Below, piece after piece: positions 1-13,405 of a stretch of DNA of 64,000 nucleotides (position 1 is the first letter of the stretch; each line of letters begins with the position of its first letter). Location: positions 24,960,001-25,024,000 of the forward strand of contig CP086569.2 in NCBI GenBank assembly GCA_009914755.4, given 5' to 3'. Both the position numbers and the translations under genes were made by a program. Under the pieces are notes generated by a model that ran no database searches, was not told the DNA's origin, and saw only the letters and a list, made by a program, of their open reading frames with translations. This DNA is from the human T2T-CHM13v2.0 reference genome, Homo sapiens.

Positions 1-99
1 CAATATTATTGTATTTGCGGATTCTGCAACTTTATTTTTCTACTAGATTTAAATGACAAGAGGTAAGCCACAGTATCTCACAAATGTAATACCAACCAA

Positions 100-360
100 T
101 GTGGGAGATTTCCTTGAGCACAGGAGTTTGAGACCAGCCACGGCAACAATGTGTGACTCTGTGTCTACAGAAAATAAACAAAATTATCCAGCTATGGTGG
201 CATGCACTTCTATCCCAGGTACAGGGAGCTGAGGTGGAAGGATCCCTTGAGCCCATGAGCTTGAGGCTGTAGTGAACAAGGGTTAGCCTGTGTGACTGAA
301 ACTCTGTCTCAATAAAGTAAAATAAGATAAAGAAATAATAAAGAATAAAACAATAATTAC
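100..360 (+). mobile_element. Alu element, 5'-truncated, older AluJ-like
   Basis: Matches the Alu right arm (gagcacaggagtttgagaccagcc ... gcttgaggctgtagtgaac ... actctgtctcaataaag) and ends in an A-rich tail. Confidence 0.75.
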
Positions 361-699
361 ACATCTGTGTTGTTCTCACTCATTGTATAACAAACAATTT
401 TTGACAATAAAATAGGAAGTTACGGAGAGTACTATAGGTAAATGATTTTTGTATAATATCAACACTCAGTTTTTATAATTCACATTACATAATTACAAAG
501 TTAAGATATTAATTATAATACCATTAATAATCACTAAGAAAAATACTGTTCAAATATACTGAAGAGAAACATGGAAGTCAAAATGGTACCCTAGAAAAAC
601 AATCAAATGCAAATTGAACAGTTTTGGGGAAATAGAAGAATAATAACAACAACAAAACTAGTAGAAAAAATGACACAAATAGGAAAATAAATTCTTGTC

Positions 700-3600
700 A
701 GCAATTGCTTTCCATCCAAATAAACTAAAATCCAGTTAAATGTCAAAGATTAGCAGAGTAACATTTTAAATGTTTTAAAGGTGAGGAAAAAAATAGTGCA
801 AACAGTAACCAAATTAGAGCTGGAAAAACTGTACAAATATCAAAATTGTTTAATTCATCAAGAAGATACAATACTTATGTATATATCTAATAACACATTC
901 TCAGGATATATAAAACAAAAATGAATAGATTAGTCTTGGACACCACTCCTGGCCAAGACTCTTTTTTTAAAAACTGAAAAATATATAATGTTGGTAACTA
1001 AAAATTACACTCTTCAACAACCTGTGGTTAACTGAAGAATCTGCAAGGAATTAAATAACTTTTGCAGATAAATAAAAAATTAAAACATACTAAAACTTCT
1101 GAAATGCAGCTAAATCAATGTTGTGAAATATACACATGTAAACATATAGATAAAAAAGAAGAAATGTAAAATTTCTAACATAAATTTACACACAAGGAAG
1201 CAGAAAATGTGCAAAGTAGAGGAGAGTACTTTAAAAAAAAAAAAAAAAAATGGCCTAGTAAAGGAAGCTGCCATCATTGGCCCCCAACACTAACCCCAAA
1301 GAACACACACAGAAAAACCAAACCAAGTACACAGTGCTGAGATTATTACCAGCAATAACGCAGAGCCCAAATATGATAATGAGGCAGCTCCTAGGGTGAC
1401 AGAAAAGTGAAGAAACCAGGCAGATGGTAAGAAAGTTTGCCTTTTATATTCACGACACTCTTCCCCTAGTCAGCTGGCAACCAAGTGTGGAAAAAAACAA
1501 AACAAAACAAAAATCCTCTGACTCATGATTACTACACTGGATAAAATAAAGTTGAAGTGGATGACCAGCTTCCCCACGACTTTGGATTCCCTGGCAGGAG
1601 ACCTATTCCTGCTTTAACCCAAGGAAGCTGGGTTACTCAAAAATACAACAGAGACAAAGTAGAAAGGCAGGACTCCCACCTCCAGCCTGGATATCTCAGT
1701 CACAGGAGATGCCAAACCCGAGTGCCTGTGCAGCATTACCATGGGGTAGGAGGGATATTTCATAATTTCCTTGATCACAAATCTATAGACTGCTTTCCCA
1801 CAGATCCTATAGATCACCTTCAAGATCGCTCAGATAGGAGACTGACTGTTTCAAAGTTTGTTAAAGCTGAGACACACCTGGGATTAAGGCACCATCTACT
1901 GCCAAAACAGAGGCACCGAGCTAGCCAAAAGCAAGTAAACAAAACCCTAACAATGGTTATGTCTTAAAGAAAACTCAAAGCAATCATATACAATAAAATG
2001 CAAACTAAGACAGAGAAAACAAAGGACTAAATAATTAGGCCTTCAATAAAAATATATAGTTATATTACCACAATAAATAACACCAAACAAGAAATTGTAA
2101 CCTCCTTAAATGGACAAAGCCATAAACCATTGACCAGTGCTAATTAATGAGATGGCTACCAGTGGTTATTTGATCAAGAATTCAAAATATCAGTTTTCAG
2201 GAAACTCAGATCTCTAAAACAGCAGAGAAAAGGAACTGATATACTTCTGAAAGAAATTTTTAAAAATGGACTTAATTAATTTAAAAATAAAAAATTTCTG
2301 AAACTGAGAACTATATTTTCTGAAGTAAAAAATTCAAAAGGCTTTCAACAGCAGAATAGGTGAAACAGAATAAAGAATCATTAGCTTTAAAACGAATTAT
2401 TAGGGCCAGGTGTGCCAGCTCATGACTGTAACCACAGCACTTTGGGAGGCTGTGACAGTTTGATCACTTGAGGTTGGCAGTTCATGACCAGTTTGGACAT
2501 CATGGTGAAACTCAGGCTCTACTAAGAATACAAAAAATTCTCTGGGCATAGTGGTGCACACCTCTAATCCCAGCTAATCAGGAGCCTGAGAGAGGAGAAT
2601 CACTCGAACCTGGGAGGCAGATGTTGCAGTGAGTTAATGTCGTGCCATTGAACTCCAGCCTGGGCAACACAATGAGACTTTGTCTCAAAGGAAAAAAAAA
2701 AAAAAGAAAAAAGAAAAGAAAATTAACACAGGTTATTAGGAAACAAACAGAATGAAACACAAAAACAATAAAAAATAGAACATTTACATGATATAAAAAT
2801 TACCTAAAATAAGCAAATCGAAGATTTAGCACTATTCATGGAAGAGCTTAGCAAGAGGAAGGTATATACAGCATATTCACATGAATAATTACAGCTTTCA
2901 AAAATTTGAGAAACAGCTACTTATACAGCTTCAGAAAAATCCTAGACTACAAAAAACTTTAATACCCCATAAAACTACCACACAACAAATAAGAATCTAA
3001 CTCTCAAAGGCCGAGAAATAAAGAAAATTCTAAAAGCAATACTGGCAAATAAACAAAAATTGGAGGAGTTTGAAATCATTCGGCAAAAGACTTGTCAACG
3101 ATAGGTTTTTAAGGAAGACCCAGAATTAAAAATATAAATTGTGACGTCAAAAACATAGTTGGAAGAAAGGGTAAAAGTCTAGAGTTTTTATGTCACAAAA
3201 TTTTCAGCTTAAACTACTTGATTATTAACTATAAGATGTTTTCTCTGAGCCTTTAATGGCCATCAAAAAGTACAGCAGCAAAACCAACGATAAATACAAA
3301 GGAATTAAAGCTTAGCACTACTGAAAATATTTAAATGCTAAACATTTAAAAGCAAACATCAGAGGAAGAAAGGAAATAATCAATCAGATTTTTTCTTGTT
3401 TTCTGACTCAATCAGAAAACAACTAACAAGATAACAGTAGTAAGAACTTACTTATCAATAATTATCTTGAATGTAAATGAATTAAATCATACAACTAAAA
3501 GACATAGAGTGACCAAATGGATTTTAAAAATGAGATTCAACTACATTTTAACTATGAGACCCACTTAATCTTTAAGGACAAACATAGGCTGAAAATGAAT

Positions 3601-6600
3601 GAATAGAAGAAGTTAACCTATGAAAATGGTAATTAAAAAAATTAGGGGTGGCTATACTCATATCTGATAAAAGTGATTTCAAGTGAAAACATGTCATAAG
3701 ACTGAAAATGTCATCATTTAATAATAAAGCAATCAATTCATCAAAAGTATATAACTGTCATATATACACACATATGCACTCAACATTGGAGCACCTAAAT
3801 ATTTAAAGCAAAGATAAATAGAAATGAAAAAAAAACAATAAATAAAATAATAGTAGGTAAAATAGTACATAGCAAATAAAACAACAGTAGGAAATTTCAG
3901 TACTTCAACTGCAACAAGGAATAGATAAACTTGACAGATATTTAACAAGTCTTAACAAAATTAAGATGGCTAAAAACATATTTAATATTGTTTCAGGCCA
4001 TCATAGTAGCAAACCAAAAATCAGTAGCAGGATGGATCTTGAAAAAAATCATGAACACATGAACATTTTTAAAATATTGCTCCTAAATAACCATTGATGA
4101 AAAGAAAAATAAAAATGAAAATTTATAAATATCTTCAGATAAATGACAGTGGAAACACAACATACCTAAACCTATGATGTTCAGTGAGGCAGTATTATGA
4201 TGGAAGATTATAGCAATAAGTGCATGCATTTAAAAAAAAGATAGAGATTCCAAATAAGCAACATCTCATTGTACCTACTGAATTAGAAGACAAAACAACT
4301 AAATTCAAAATTAACACAATAAATAGAATAATAATTAAAACAGAAGCAAAGCAAACATAGCTAGATGAAGAAAAAAATGACTGAAAAACAATAAAAAATT
4401 AAGTTATAGAAATTACAATAAACAAACAAACAAAACAATTACAAATGATGGATGAGGAGTGATTTTATAAGGCTTTCCAACAAAGAAAAGGTAAACAACA
4501 AATGGCTTTGGAGATGAATTCTACCATATTTTCAGAAAAGAATATTAATATGCTTCAAAGTCTTCAAAAAAAGAAGTTAAATGTAATGCTTCCAAATTTT
4601 TTTTATGAGTCCTGTATCATCTTGATACTAAGGCAAACAAAAACATCATGAGAAGTGAGAACTATAGGCCATTACCTCTGATAAACATTGGACCAAAAAT
4701 CCCTAATAAAATATGAGCAATCTGAATCCAGCAACATGCCAAAAATATTATACATCGTGGCCAAGATTTTACATCCCTGTCATGCAAGGCTGGTTATGTA
4801 TACAAATAAATCAATGTGATTCATCACATTAACAGAATAAAAGATTAAAAGCATGTATACATCCCAATTAATGTGGAAAACACTTTGGAAAATCCCAACA
4901 ATCTTTCTTGATTAAAAAACCCTCAACAGTTTAAGTATAGAAATAAAGGGTTGTTTTTTTTTTTGTAATAAAGGCCATTTAAGAAAAAAAGGAAAAGCTA
5001 ACTTTATCATTAACAAGGAAAAATTGATGGTTTTCCAAAGACATCTGGTACAACACGAGGATGCCCACTCTCCCCACTTGTATTTAACATAGTTCTGAAA
5101 GTACTGGCAAGAGTAATCGGGTAAGAAAAAAAAAAAGCAAGGCAGACAAATTATAGAGCAAGAAATAAAATTATCTCTATTTGCAGATGACAGACTCCTA
5201 TATGTATAAACAGCTCAAATATTCTATTTAGGAAACTTTTATAAGTAATGAATAAATTTAGTAAAGTCATTGTACACATAATTACCTAACTGAAAAAGAA
5301 ATAAACTCTTCTCATTTATAAGCATATCAAAGAAGTTAAATTCTTAAGAAAAAATTTATCCAGAAAGTAAAAGATGTCTCCACTGAAAACTATGAAATGT
5401 TGATAAAAGCAATTGAAGAAGACACAAATAAATGGAAAGGTGGTCCATGCTTATGGATTGGGAGAGTTAATATTGTTAAAATGTTTTTAGCATCCAAAGC
5501 AATACACAGATTCAATGCTAGCCAATCAAAATTTCAATGGCATTCTTCATAGAAATAGAAAACAAAATATAAAATTTATATAGCAATCTGGAAGTCTTTC
5601 AATTGTCAAAACAATTCTTAATAAAGAAAAATGAAGTAGGAGGAATCACCCTACCTTATTTGCAACTGGCATGAACATGGAATCCTGGCCAAATGAACAG
5701 AGCAGAGAGTCCAGAAATAAATCCAATCATATATAGTCAATTAATTTTTGAATTGTGCAGCAAAATGATATGATAGAAGGGGATCATCTCTCCTATGAGC
5801 AGTGCTGGGAAAACTAGATTTCCACACGCAAAAGAACAAAATTGGACCCACATTTTACATCATACACAAAAATCAACTGAGGATATGTTGAAAATAAATG
5901 AGCAAGACTGCATTCAATGAAAAAGCGTTTGCACAGTAAAGGAAACAATCAACAAAATAAAAATAGCCTAAATGTTGGAAAAAATGTTTTCAAGCTACAT
6001 ATATGATGATGGGTTAAAATCTAAAACTTATAAAGAACTTGTACAACTCAATAGTAGAAAAACAAATAAACACACTAAAAGATGGGCAAAAGCTCTGAAT
6101 TAACATTTCTCCAAGGAACACAAAAATGGGCAACAGGTATTTAAAACATATTTGACATCATTAATCATCAGAAAATTTTAAATCAAAAGTACTTTGAGAC
6201 ATTACATAACTCACATCGGGATGGCTATTATCAAAAACTCAAAAGATCACAAATGTTGGCTAGGATGTAGAGAAAATCAGACTCTTGAAGAGTGTTGTTG
6301 GTGATATATAGCCATTATAAAAATTGATATGGAGGTTTCTGGAAAATTAAAAATAGAACAACCATATGCCTCACCAACTCTTCCTTTAGACATATAAACA
6401 AAGGGAATCACTACCTCATAGAGGTATCTGTACTCTCATGTTCATTGCAGCATTATTAACAATAGCTAAGATATGAAAAAAATCTTACTGTCCAGTATAA
6501 TGAAGTATTATTTAGCCCTGAACAAGAGTGAGATCTTGCCATTTGCCAAAACCTGAGGACCTTGGAGGAAAACATGCTAAGTGAAATCAACTAAACACAG

Positions 6601-6958
6601 AGAGAAAAATACTGTGTAATATCACAATATTTTTGTGAGGGAGAGTGATGCCAGCCTTTTTTTTAAAATCTGTTTTCAAAAGCTAATAGAACAAGATCTC
6701 CCTCCTTGTCACAAGAATGATACCGAACTCTTCATAAGGGATCCACCCTCATGAACCGAGCATCTCCCACTCAACCTCACCTCCAACACTGGGGATCAAA
6801 TTTCAACATGTAGTTTGTAAAGGCAAATATCCAAACTATAGCAGTAACTATGTGAGATTACAAACATGTTAATTTGCTTCAGTATAGTAGCCTTTGAAAT
6901 ATCAAAATACATCCCATAGCATCATGTAGTACACATGAAATGCACATAATAGGATGCA
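700..6958 (+). mobile_element. Old L1 (L1M-class) LINE, degraded ORF1/ORF2 and 3'UTR, interrupted by the Alu at 2404-2722
   Basis: A-rich plus strand with recognisable L1 ORF2 motifs (e.g. ccattacctctgataaacattggaccaaaaatccctaataaaatatgagcaatctgaatccagcaacat). Terminal L1 3'UTR sequence just before 6958. Only short broken ORFs. The 5' boundary is approximate. Confidence 0.7.
2404..2722 (+). mobile_element. Alu element, full length
   Basis: Starts ggccaggtgtgccagctcatgactgtaaccacagcactttgggaggc and ends gcctgggcaacacaatgagactttgtctcaaagg plus poly-A. Nested in the L1M. Confidence 0.9.
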
Positions 6959-6960
6959 TT

Positions 6961-9900
6961 TATTTATTTGTTTATTTATTTATTATACTTTAAGTTCTAG
7001 GGTACATGTGCACAACATGCAGGTTTGATACATATGTATTCATGTGCCATGTTGCTTTGCTGCCCCCATCAATTCATCATTTACATTAGATATTTCTCTT
7101 AATGCTATCCCTCCCCAAGTCCCCCACTCCCCACCGCCAGACAGGACCCAGTGTGTGATGTTCCCTGCCCTGTGTCCAAGTGATCTCATTGTTCAAAATT
7201 TCCACCTATGAATGAGAACACGCAGTGTTTGGTTTTCTGGCGTTGTGATAGTTGGCTGAGAATGATGGCTTCCAGCTTAATCCATGTCCCTGCAAAGGAC
7301 ATAAACTCATCCATTTTTATGGCTGCATAGTATTACAAGGTGTATATGTGTCACATTTTCTTAATCCAGTCTATCATTGATGGACATTTGGATTGGTTCC
7401 AAGTCTTTGGTATTGTGAATAGTGCCACAATAAACATATGTGTGCATGTGTCTTTATAGTAACATGATTTATAATTTTTTGGGTATATATCCAGTAAAAA
7501 GATTGCTGGATCAAATGGTAATTCTAGTTCTAGATCTTTGAGGAATTTCCACACTGTCTTCCAAAATGGTTGAACTAATTTACACTCCCACCAACAGTGT
7601 AAAAGCATGCCTGTTTCTCCACATCCACTCCAGCATCTGTTGTTTCCTGACTTTTTAATGATTGCCATTGTAATTGGTGTCAGATGTTGTGTGATTTTGG
7701 TTTTGATTTGCATTTATCTGATAACCAGTGATGATGAACATTGTTTCATGTGTCTATTGGCCACTCAGATGTGTTTTTTTGAGAAGTATGTGTTCATATC
7801 CTTTGTCCACTTTTTGGTGAAATTTTTTTCATGTAAATTTGGTTTCTTTGTAGATTCTGAATGTCAGTCTTTTGTCAGATGGGTAGATTGCAAAAATTTT
7901 CTCCCATTCTGTAGCTTTCCTGTTCACTCAAATGTAGTTTCTTTGGCCGTGCAGAAGCTCTTTAGTTGAATTAGATTTCATTTGTCTATTTTAGCTTTGG
8001 TTGCCATTGCTTTTGGTGTTTTAGTCATGAAGTCCTTGCCCATTGCCTATGTCATGAATGGTATTGGCTAGGTTTTCCTCTAGGGTTTTTATGGTTTTAG
8101 GTCTAATATTTAAGTCTATAATCCATTTTCAATTAATTTTTGTGTTAGGTGTAATTAAGGGATGCAGCTTCAACTTTCTACAAATGGCCAGCCAGTTTTC
8201 CCAGCACCATTTATTAAACAGGGACTCCTTTCCCCATTTCTTCTTTTTGTCAGGTTTGTCAAAGATAAGATGATTGTAGATGTGTGTTTTTATTTCTGAG
8301 GCCTCTCTTTTGATCCATTGGTCAATGTATCTGTTTTGGTAACACTACTATGCAGTTTTGGTTACTGTAGCCTTGTAGTATAGTTTGAAGTCAGGTAGCG
8401 TGATGCCTACAGCTTTGTTCTTTTTGCTTAGGATTGTCTTGGCAATGTGGGCTTTTTTGTGTTCCATATGAATTTTAAAGTAGTTTTTCCAATTCTGTGA
8501 AGAAAGTCTTTGTTAGCTTGATGGGGATGACCTTGAATGTACAAATTACTTTGGGTACAATGGCCATTTTCAAGATATTGGTTCTTCTTATCCATGATCA
8601 TAGAATATTCTTCCATTTGTTTGTGTCCTTTTTTATTTCGTTGAACAGCGGTTTGTTGTTCTCCTTGAACGGGTCCTTCACATCCCTTGTATGTTTCATT
8701 CCTACATATTTTATTCTCTTTGTAGCAATTATGAATGGGAATCCACTCATGATTTGGCTCTCTGTTTGTCTGTTAATGGTGTATAGGAATGCTTGTCATT
8801 TTTGCACATTTATTTTTGTATCCTGAGACTTTATTGAAGTTGCTTATCAGCTTAAGGAGATTTTGGGATGAGATGACAGGGTTTTCTAAATATACAATCA
8901 TGTCATCAGAAAACAGGGATGATTTGACTCACTCATTTCCTAATTGAATACTCTTTATTTCTTTCTCTTGTCTGATTGCCCTGGCCAGAACTTCCAACAC
9001 TATGTTGAATAGAAGTGAGCATCCTTGTCAAGAGAAGGCATCCTTGTCTTGTGCCGGTTTTCATAGGAAATGCTTCCAGTATTTGCCCACTCAGTATGAT
9101 ATTGGCTGTGGGCTTGTCACAAGGAGCTTTTATTATTTCGAGATACATTTCTGTCAATACCTACTTTATTGAGAGTTTTTAGCATGAAGGGCTATTGGAT
9201 TTTGTTGAAGGCTTTTCTGCATCTGTTGAGATAATCATGTGGTTTTTGTCATTGGTACTGTTTATGTGATGGATTATATTTATTGATTTGTGTATGTTGA
9301 ACCAGACTTGTATCCAAGGGATGAAGCTTACATGATCATGGTAGAGAAGATTTTTGATGTGGTGGTGGATTCTGTTTGCCAGTATTTTATTGAGGATTTT
9401 TGCATTGACGTTCTTCAGGGATATTGGTCTAAAATTCTCTTTTTTTATTGGTATCAGAATTATGTTGGCCTCATAAAATAAGTTAGGGATGATTTCTTCT
9501 TTTTTATTGATTGGAATAGTTTCAGAAGGAGTGGTACCAGCTCCTCTTTGTACATCTGGTAGAATTCAGCTGTGAATCAAACTGGTCCTGGACTTTTGTT
9601 TTTGGTTGGTAGGCTATTAATTATTTCCTCAATTTCATAGCCTGTTATTGGTCTATTCAGAGATCCAATTCTTCCTGCTTTTGCTTTGTGAGGGTTTGTT
9701 TGTCCAGGAATTTATCCATTTCTTCTAGATTTTCTAGTTTATTTGTGCAGAGGTGTTTACAGTTTTCTCTGATGGTAGTTTGTATTTCTGTAGGGTCGGT
9801 GGTGATATCCCATTTATCATTTTTATTGCATCTATTTGATTCTTCTCTCTTTTCTTCTTTATTAGTCTTGCTAGTGGTCTATCAATTTGGTTGACCTTTT

Positions 9901-12900
9901 CAAAAAACCAGTTATTGATTTCATTGATTTTTTGAAGGATTTTTTTTCTCTCTATCTCTTTCAGTGTTGCTCTCATCTTAGTTATTTCTTGCCTTCTCCA
10001 AGCTTTTGATTTTGTTTGATCTTGCTTTGCTAGTTCTTTTAATTGTGATGTTAGGGTGTCAGTTTTCCTGGTTTTTCTTGTGTGTTTAGTGCCACACATT
10101 TCCCTCTACACACTACTTTAAATGTGTCCCAGAGATTCTGGTACATTGTGTCATTTTTCTCATTGGTTTCAAAGAACATCTTTGTTTCTGGTTTCATTTC
10201 ATTTCTTACCCAGCAGTCATTAAGGAGCAAGTTGTTCGGTTTTCACATAGTTGTGAAGTTTTCAGTGAATTTCTTAATCCTCAGTTCTAATTTGATTGCA
10301 CTGTGGTCTGAGAGACAGTTTGCTATGATTTCTGTTCTTTTACATTGGCTGAGGAGTGCTTTACTTCCAGTTATGTAGTCAATTTTAGAATAAGTGTGAT
10401 GTGTTCTGTAGATATCTATTAGGTCTGCTTATTGCAGATCTGAGTTCAGGTCCTGAATATCCTTGTTGATCTTCTGTCTTATTGATCTGTCTAATACTGA
10501 CTGTGAGGTGTTAAAATCTCCCATTATGATTGCATGGGAGTCTAAATCTCTTTGTAAGTCTCTAAGGACTTGCTTTATGAATCTGGGTGCTCTTGTATTG
10601 GATGCATACATATTTAGGATACTTAGCTCTTCTTCATTAATTGATCCCTTTATCATTATGTAATGGTCTTCTTTGTCTCTTTTGATCTTTGCTGGTTAAA
10701 TGTCTGTTTTATCAGACTATGATTGCAACCCCTGCTTTGTTTTTCTCTGTTTTTTTTTTTTCTTTCCATAGACTTGGTAGATCTTCTTCCATCCCTTTAT
10801 TTTGAGCCTATGTGCATCATTGCATATGAGATGGGTCTCCAGAATACAGCACACTGATTCATCTTGACTCTATGCAATTTGCCAGTCTGTGTCTTTTAAT
10901 TGGGGCATTTAGCCCATTTACATTTAAGGTTAATATTGTTATCTGTGAATTTGATCCTGTCATTATGACGTTTGCTGGGTAGTTTGCCCATTAATTAATG
11001 GAGTCTCTTCATAGCATTGATGTTGTTTACAATTTGGCATGTTTTTGCACTGGCTGGTACCAATTGTTTCTTTCCAAGTTTAGTGCTTCCTTCATGATCT
11101 CTTGTAAGGCAGGCCTGGTGGTGACAAAATCTCTCAGAATTTGCTTCTCTGTAAAGGATGTTATTTCTCCTTCACTTACAAAGTTTAGTTTGGCTGGATA
11201 TGAAATTCTGGGTTGAAAATTCTTTTCTTTAAAGATGTTGAATGTTGGTCCCCACTCTCTTCTGGCTTCTAGAGTTTCTGCCAAGAGATTCGCTGTTAGT
11301 CTTATGAGCTTACCTTTGTGGGTAACTCAACCTTTCTCTCTGGCTGCCCTTAATATTATTTCCTTCATTTCAACCTTGGTGAACCTGACAATTATGTGTC
11401 TTCATGTTGCTCTTCTCGAGGAGTGTCTCTGTGGTTTTTTCTGTATTTCCTGAATTTGAATGTTGGCCTATCTTGCTAGGTTGGGGAAGTTTTCCTGGAT
11501 GATATCCTGAAGATTGTTTTCCAGCTTGGTTCCATTCTTTCCATCACTTTCAGGTACACCAATCAAATGTAGATTTGGTCTTTTCACTTAGTCCTATATT
11601 TTTTGAGGCTTTGTTTATTTCTTTTTGCTGTGTTTTCTCTAACCTTGTCTTCTTGTTTTATTTTATTAATGTAATCTTTAGTCACTGATATCCTTTCTTC
11701 CACTTGATTGAATCAGCTACTGAAGCTTGTGGTATATGTCACAAAGTCCTTGTGCCATGGTTTTCAACTCCATTAAGTCATGTAAGGTCTTCTCTACATT
11801 GTTTATTCGAGTTAGCCTTTCATCTAATCGTTTTTCAAGGTTTTAACTTTCTTGTGATGGTTTTGAACATGCTACTTTAGTTTGGAGAAGTTTGTTATTA
11901 CTGACCTTCTGGAGCCTACTTCTGTCAACTTGTCAAAGTGATTCTCCATCAGGTTTTGTTCTGTTGTTTGTGAGGAGCTGTAATCCTTTGGAGGAGAAGA
12001 GGTGCTCTCAGTTTTAGAATTTTCAGCTTTTCTGCTCTAATTTCTCCCCATCTTTGTGGTTTTATCTACCTGGATTTTTGAAGTTGGTGATCTACAGATG
12101 GGGTTCTGCATAGATGACCTTTTTGTTGATGTTGCTGCTATTCCTTTCTGTTTCTTAGTTTTCCTTCAAACAGTCAGGTCCTTCAGCTTCAGGTCTATTG
12201 GAGTTTTGTGGAGTTTCAATACAGATTCTGTTTGCCTGGGCATCACCAGCAGAGGCTTCAGAACAGCAAATATTGCAGAACAGCAAATATTGATGCATGA
12301 TAATTTCTGTGGAAGCTTCATCCCAAAGGAGCTGCCACCTATATGAGGTGTCTGTTGACCTTTACTTGGAGGTGTCTCCCAGTTGGGCTACATGGCAATC
12401 AAGGACCCACTTCAGGAGGCAGTCTGTCCATTCTCTGCACTCAAACAGCATTCTAGGAGAACCACTGCCCTCTTCAGAGCTGTCAGACGGAGATGTTTAA
12501 GTCTGCAGAAGCTGTCTGCTGCCTTTTTTTCAGCTATCCCCTGCCTACAGAGGTGGAGTCTTGAGGCAGTAGGCCTTGTTGAGCTGTGGTGGTCTCCACC
12601 TAGTTTGAGCTTCCTGGGTGCTGTGTTTACCGACTCAAGCCTTAACAATGATGGCTGTCCCTCTACCAGCTAGGCTGCCACCTCGGAGCTTGATCTCAGA
12701 ATGCTGTGTTAGCAGTTACCAAGGCTCTGTGAGTGTGGGACCCACCAAGCAAGGCATGGGAGAGAATCTTTTTGTCTGCCAGTTGCAAAGACCTTGGGAA
12801 AAGTGCAGCATTTGGGTGGGAGTGTCCTGTTTTTCCAAGTAGTTTGTCACAACTTCCCTTTTCTAGGAAAGGGAAATCTCCTGATCCCTTTTGCATCCCA

Positions 12901-13095
12901 GGTGGGGTGACTCCCCAACCTGCTTTAGCTCTCCCTCAATGGGCTGCACCCACTGTCCAACCAGTCCCAATGAGAAGAACCAGGTACCTGAGTTGGAAGT
13001 GCAGAAGTCACTCATCTTCTGTGTCGATCATGCTGGGAGCTGCAGACTGGAGCTGTTCCTATTTGACCATCTTGGAACACCCTCAGAAAAATAAA
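6961..13095 (-). mobile_element. Full-length L1PA-type LINE-1 (~6.1 kb), ORFs disrupted
   Basis: Reverse complement of the L1 3' end at 6961-7020 (T-rich tail, ttaagttctagggtacatgtgcacaac). Reverse complement of the L1 5'UTR start at ~13010-13085 (gctgggagctgcagactggagctgttcctatttgaccatcttgg). Flanked by a 14-bp TSD AATAGGATGCATTT at 6947-6960 and 13096-13109. ORF2 is visible only as minus-strand fragments (e.g. 7351-7713, 9734-10099). Confidence 0.9.
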
Positions 13096-13117
13096 TAGGA
13101 TGCATTTTTAAAGGTAA

Positions 13118-13405
<288 letters not shown>

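Noticed and set aside
1557-1967. 136-aa plus-strand ORF in the first 2 kb
   Set aside because: Located inside the degraded L1M body. The sequence is proline/histidine-rich with no homology to L1 ORF1p or any known protein. Random open frame.
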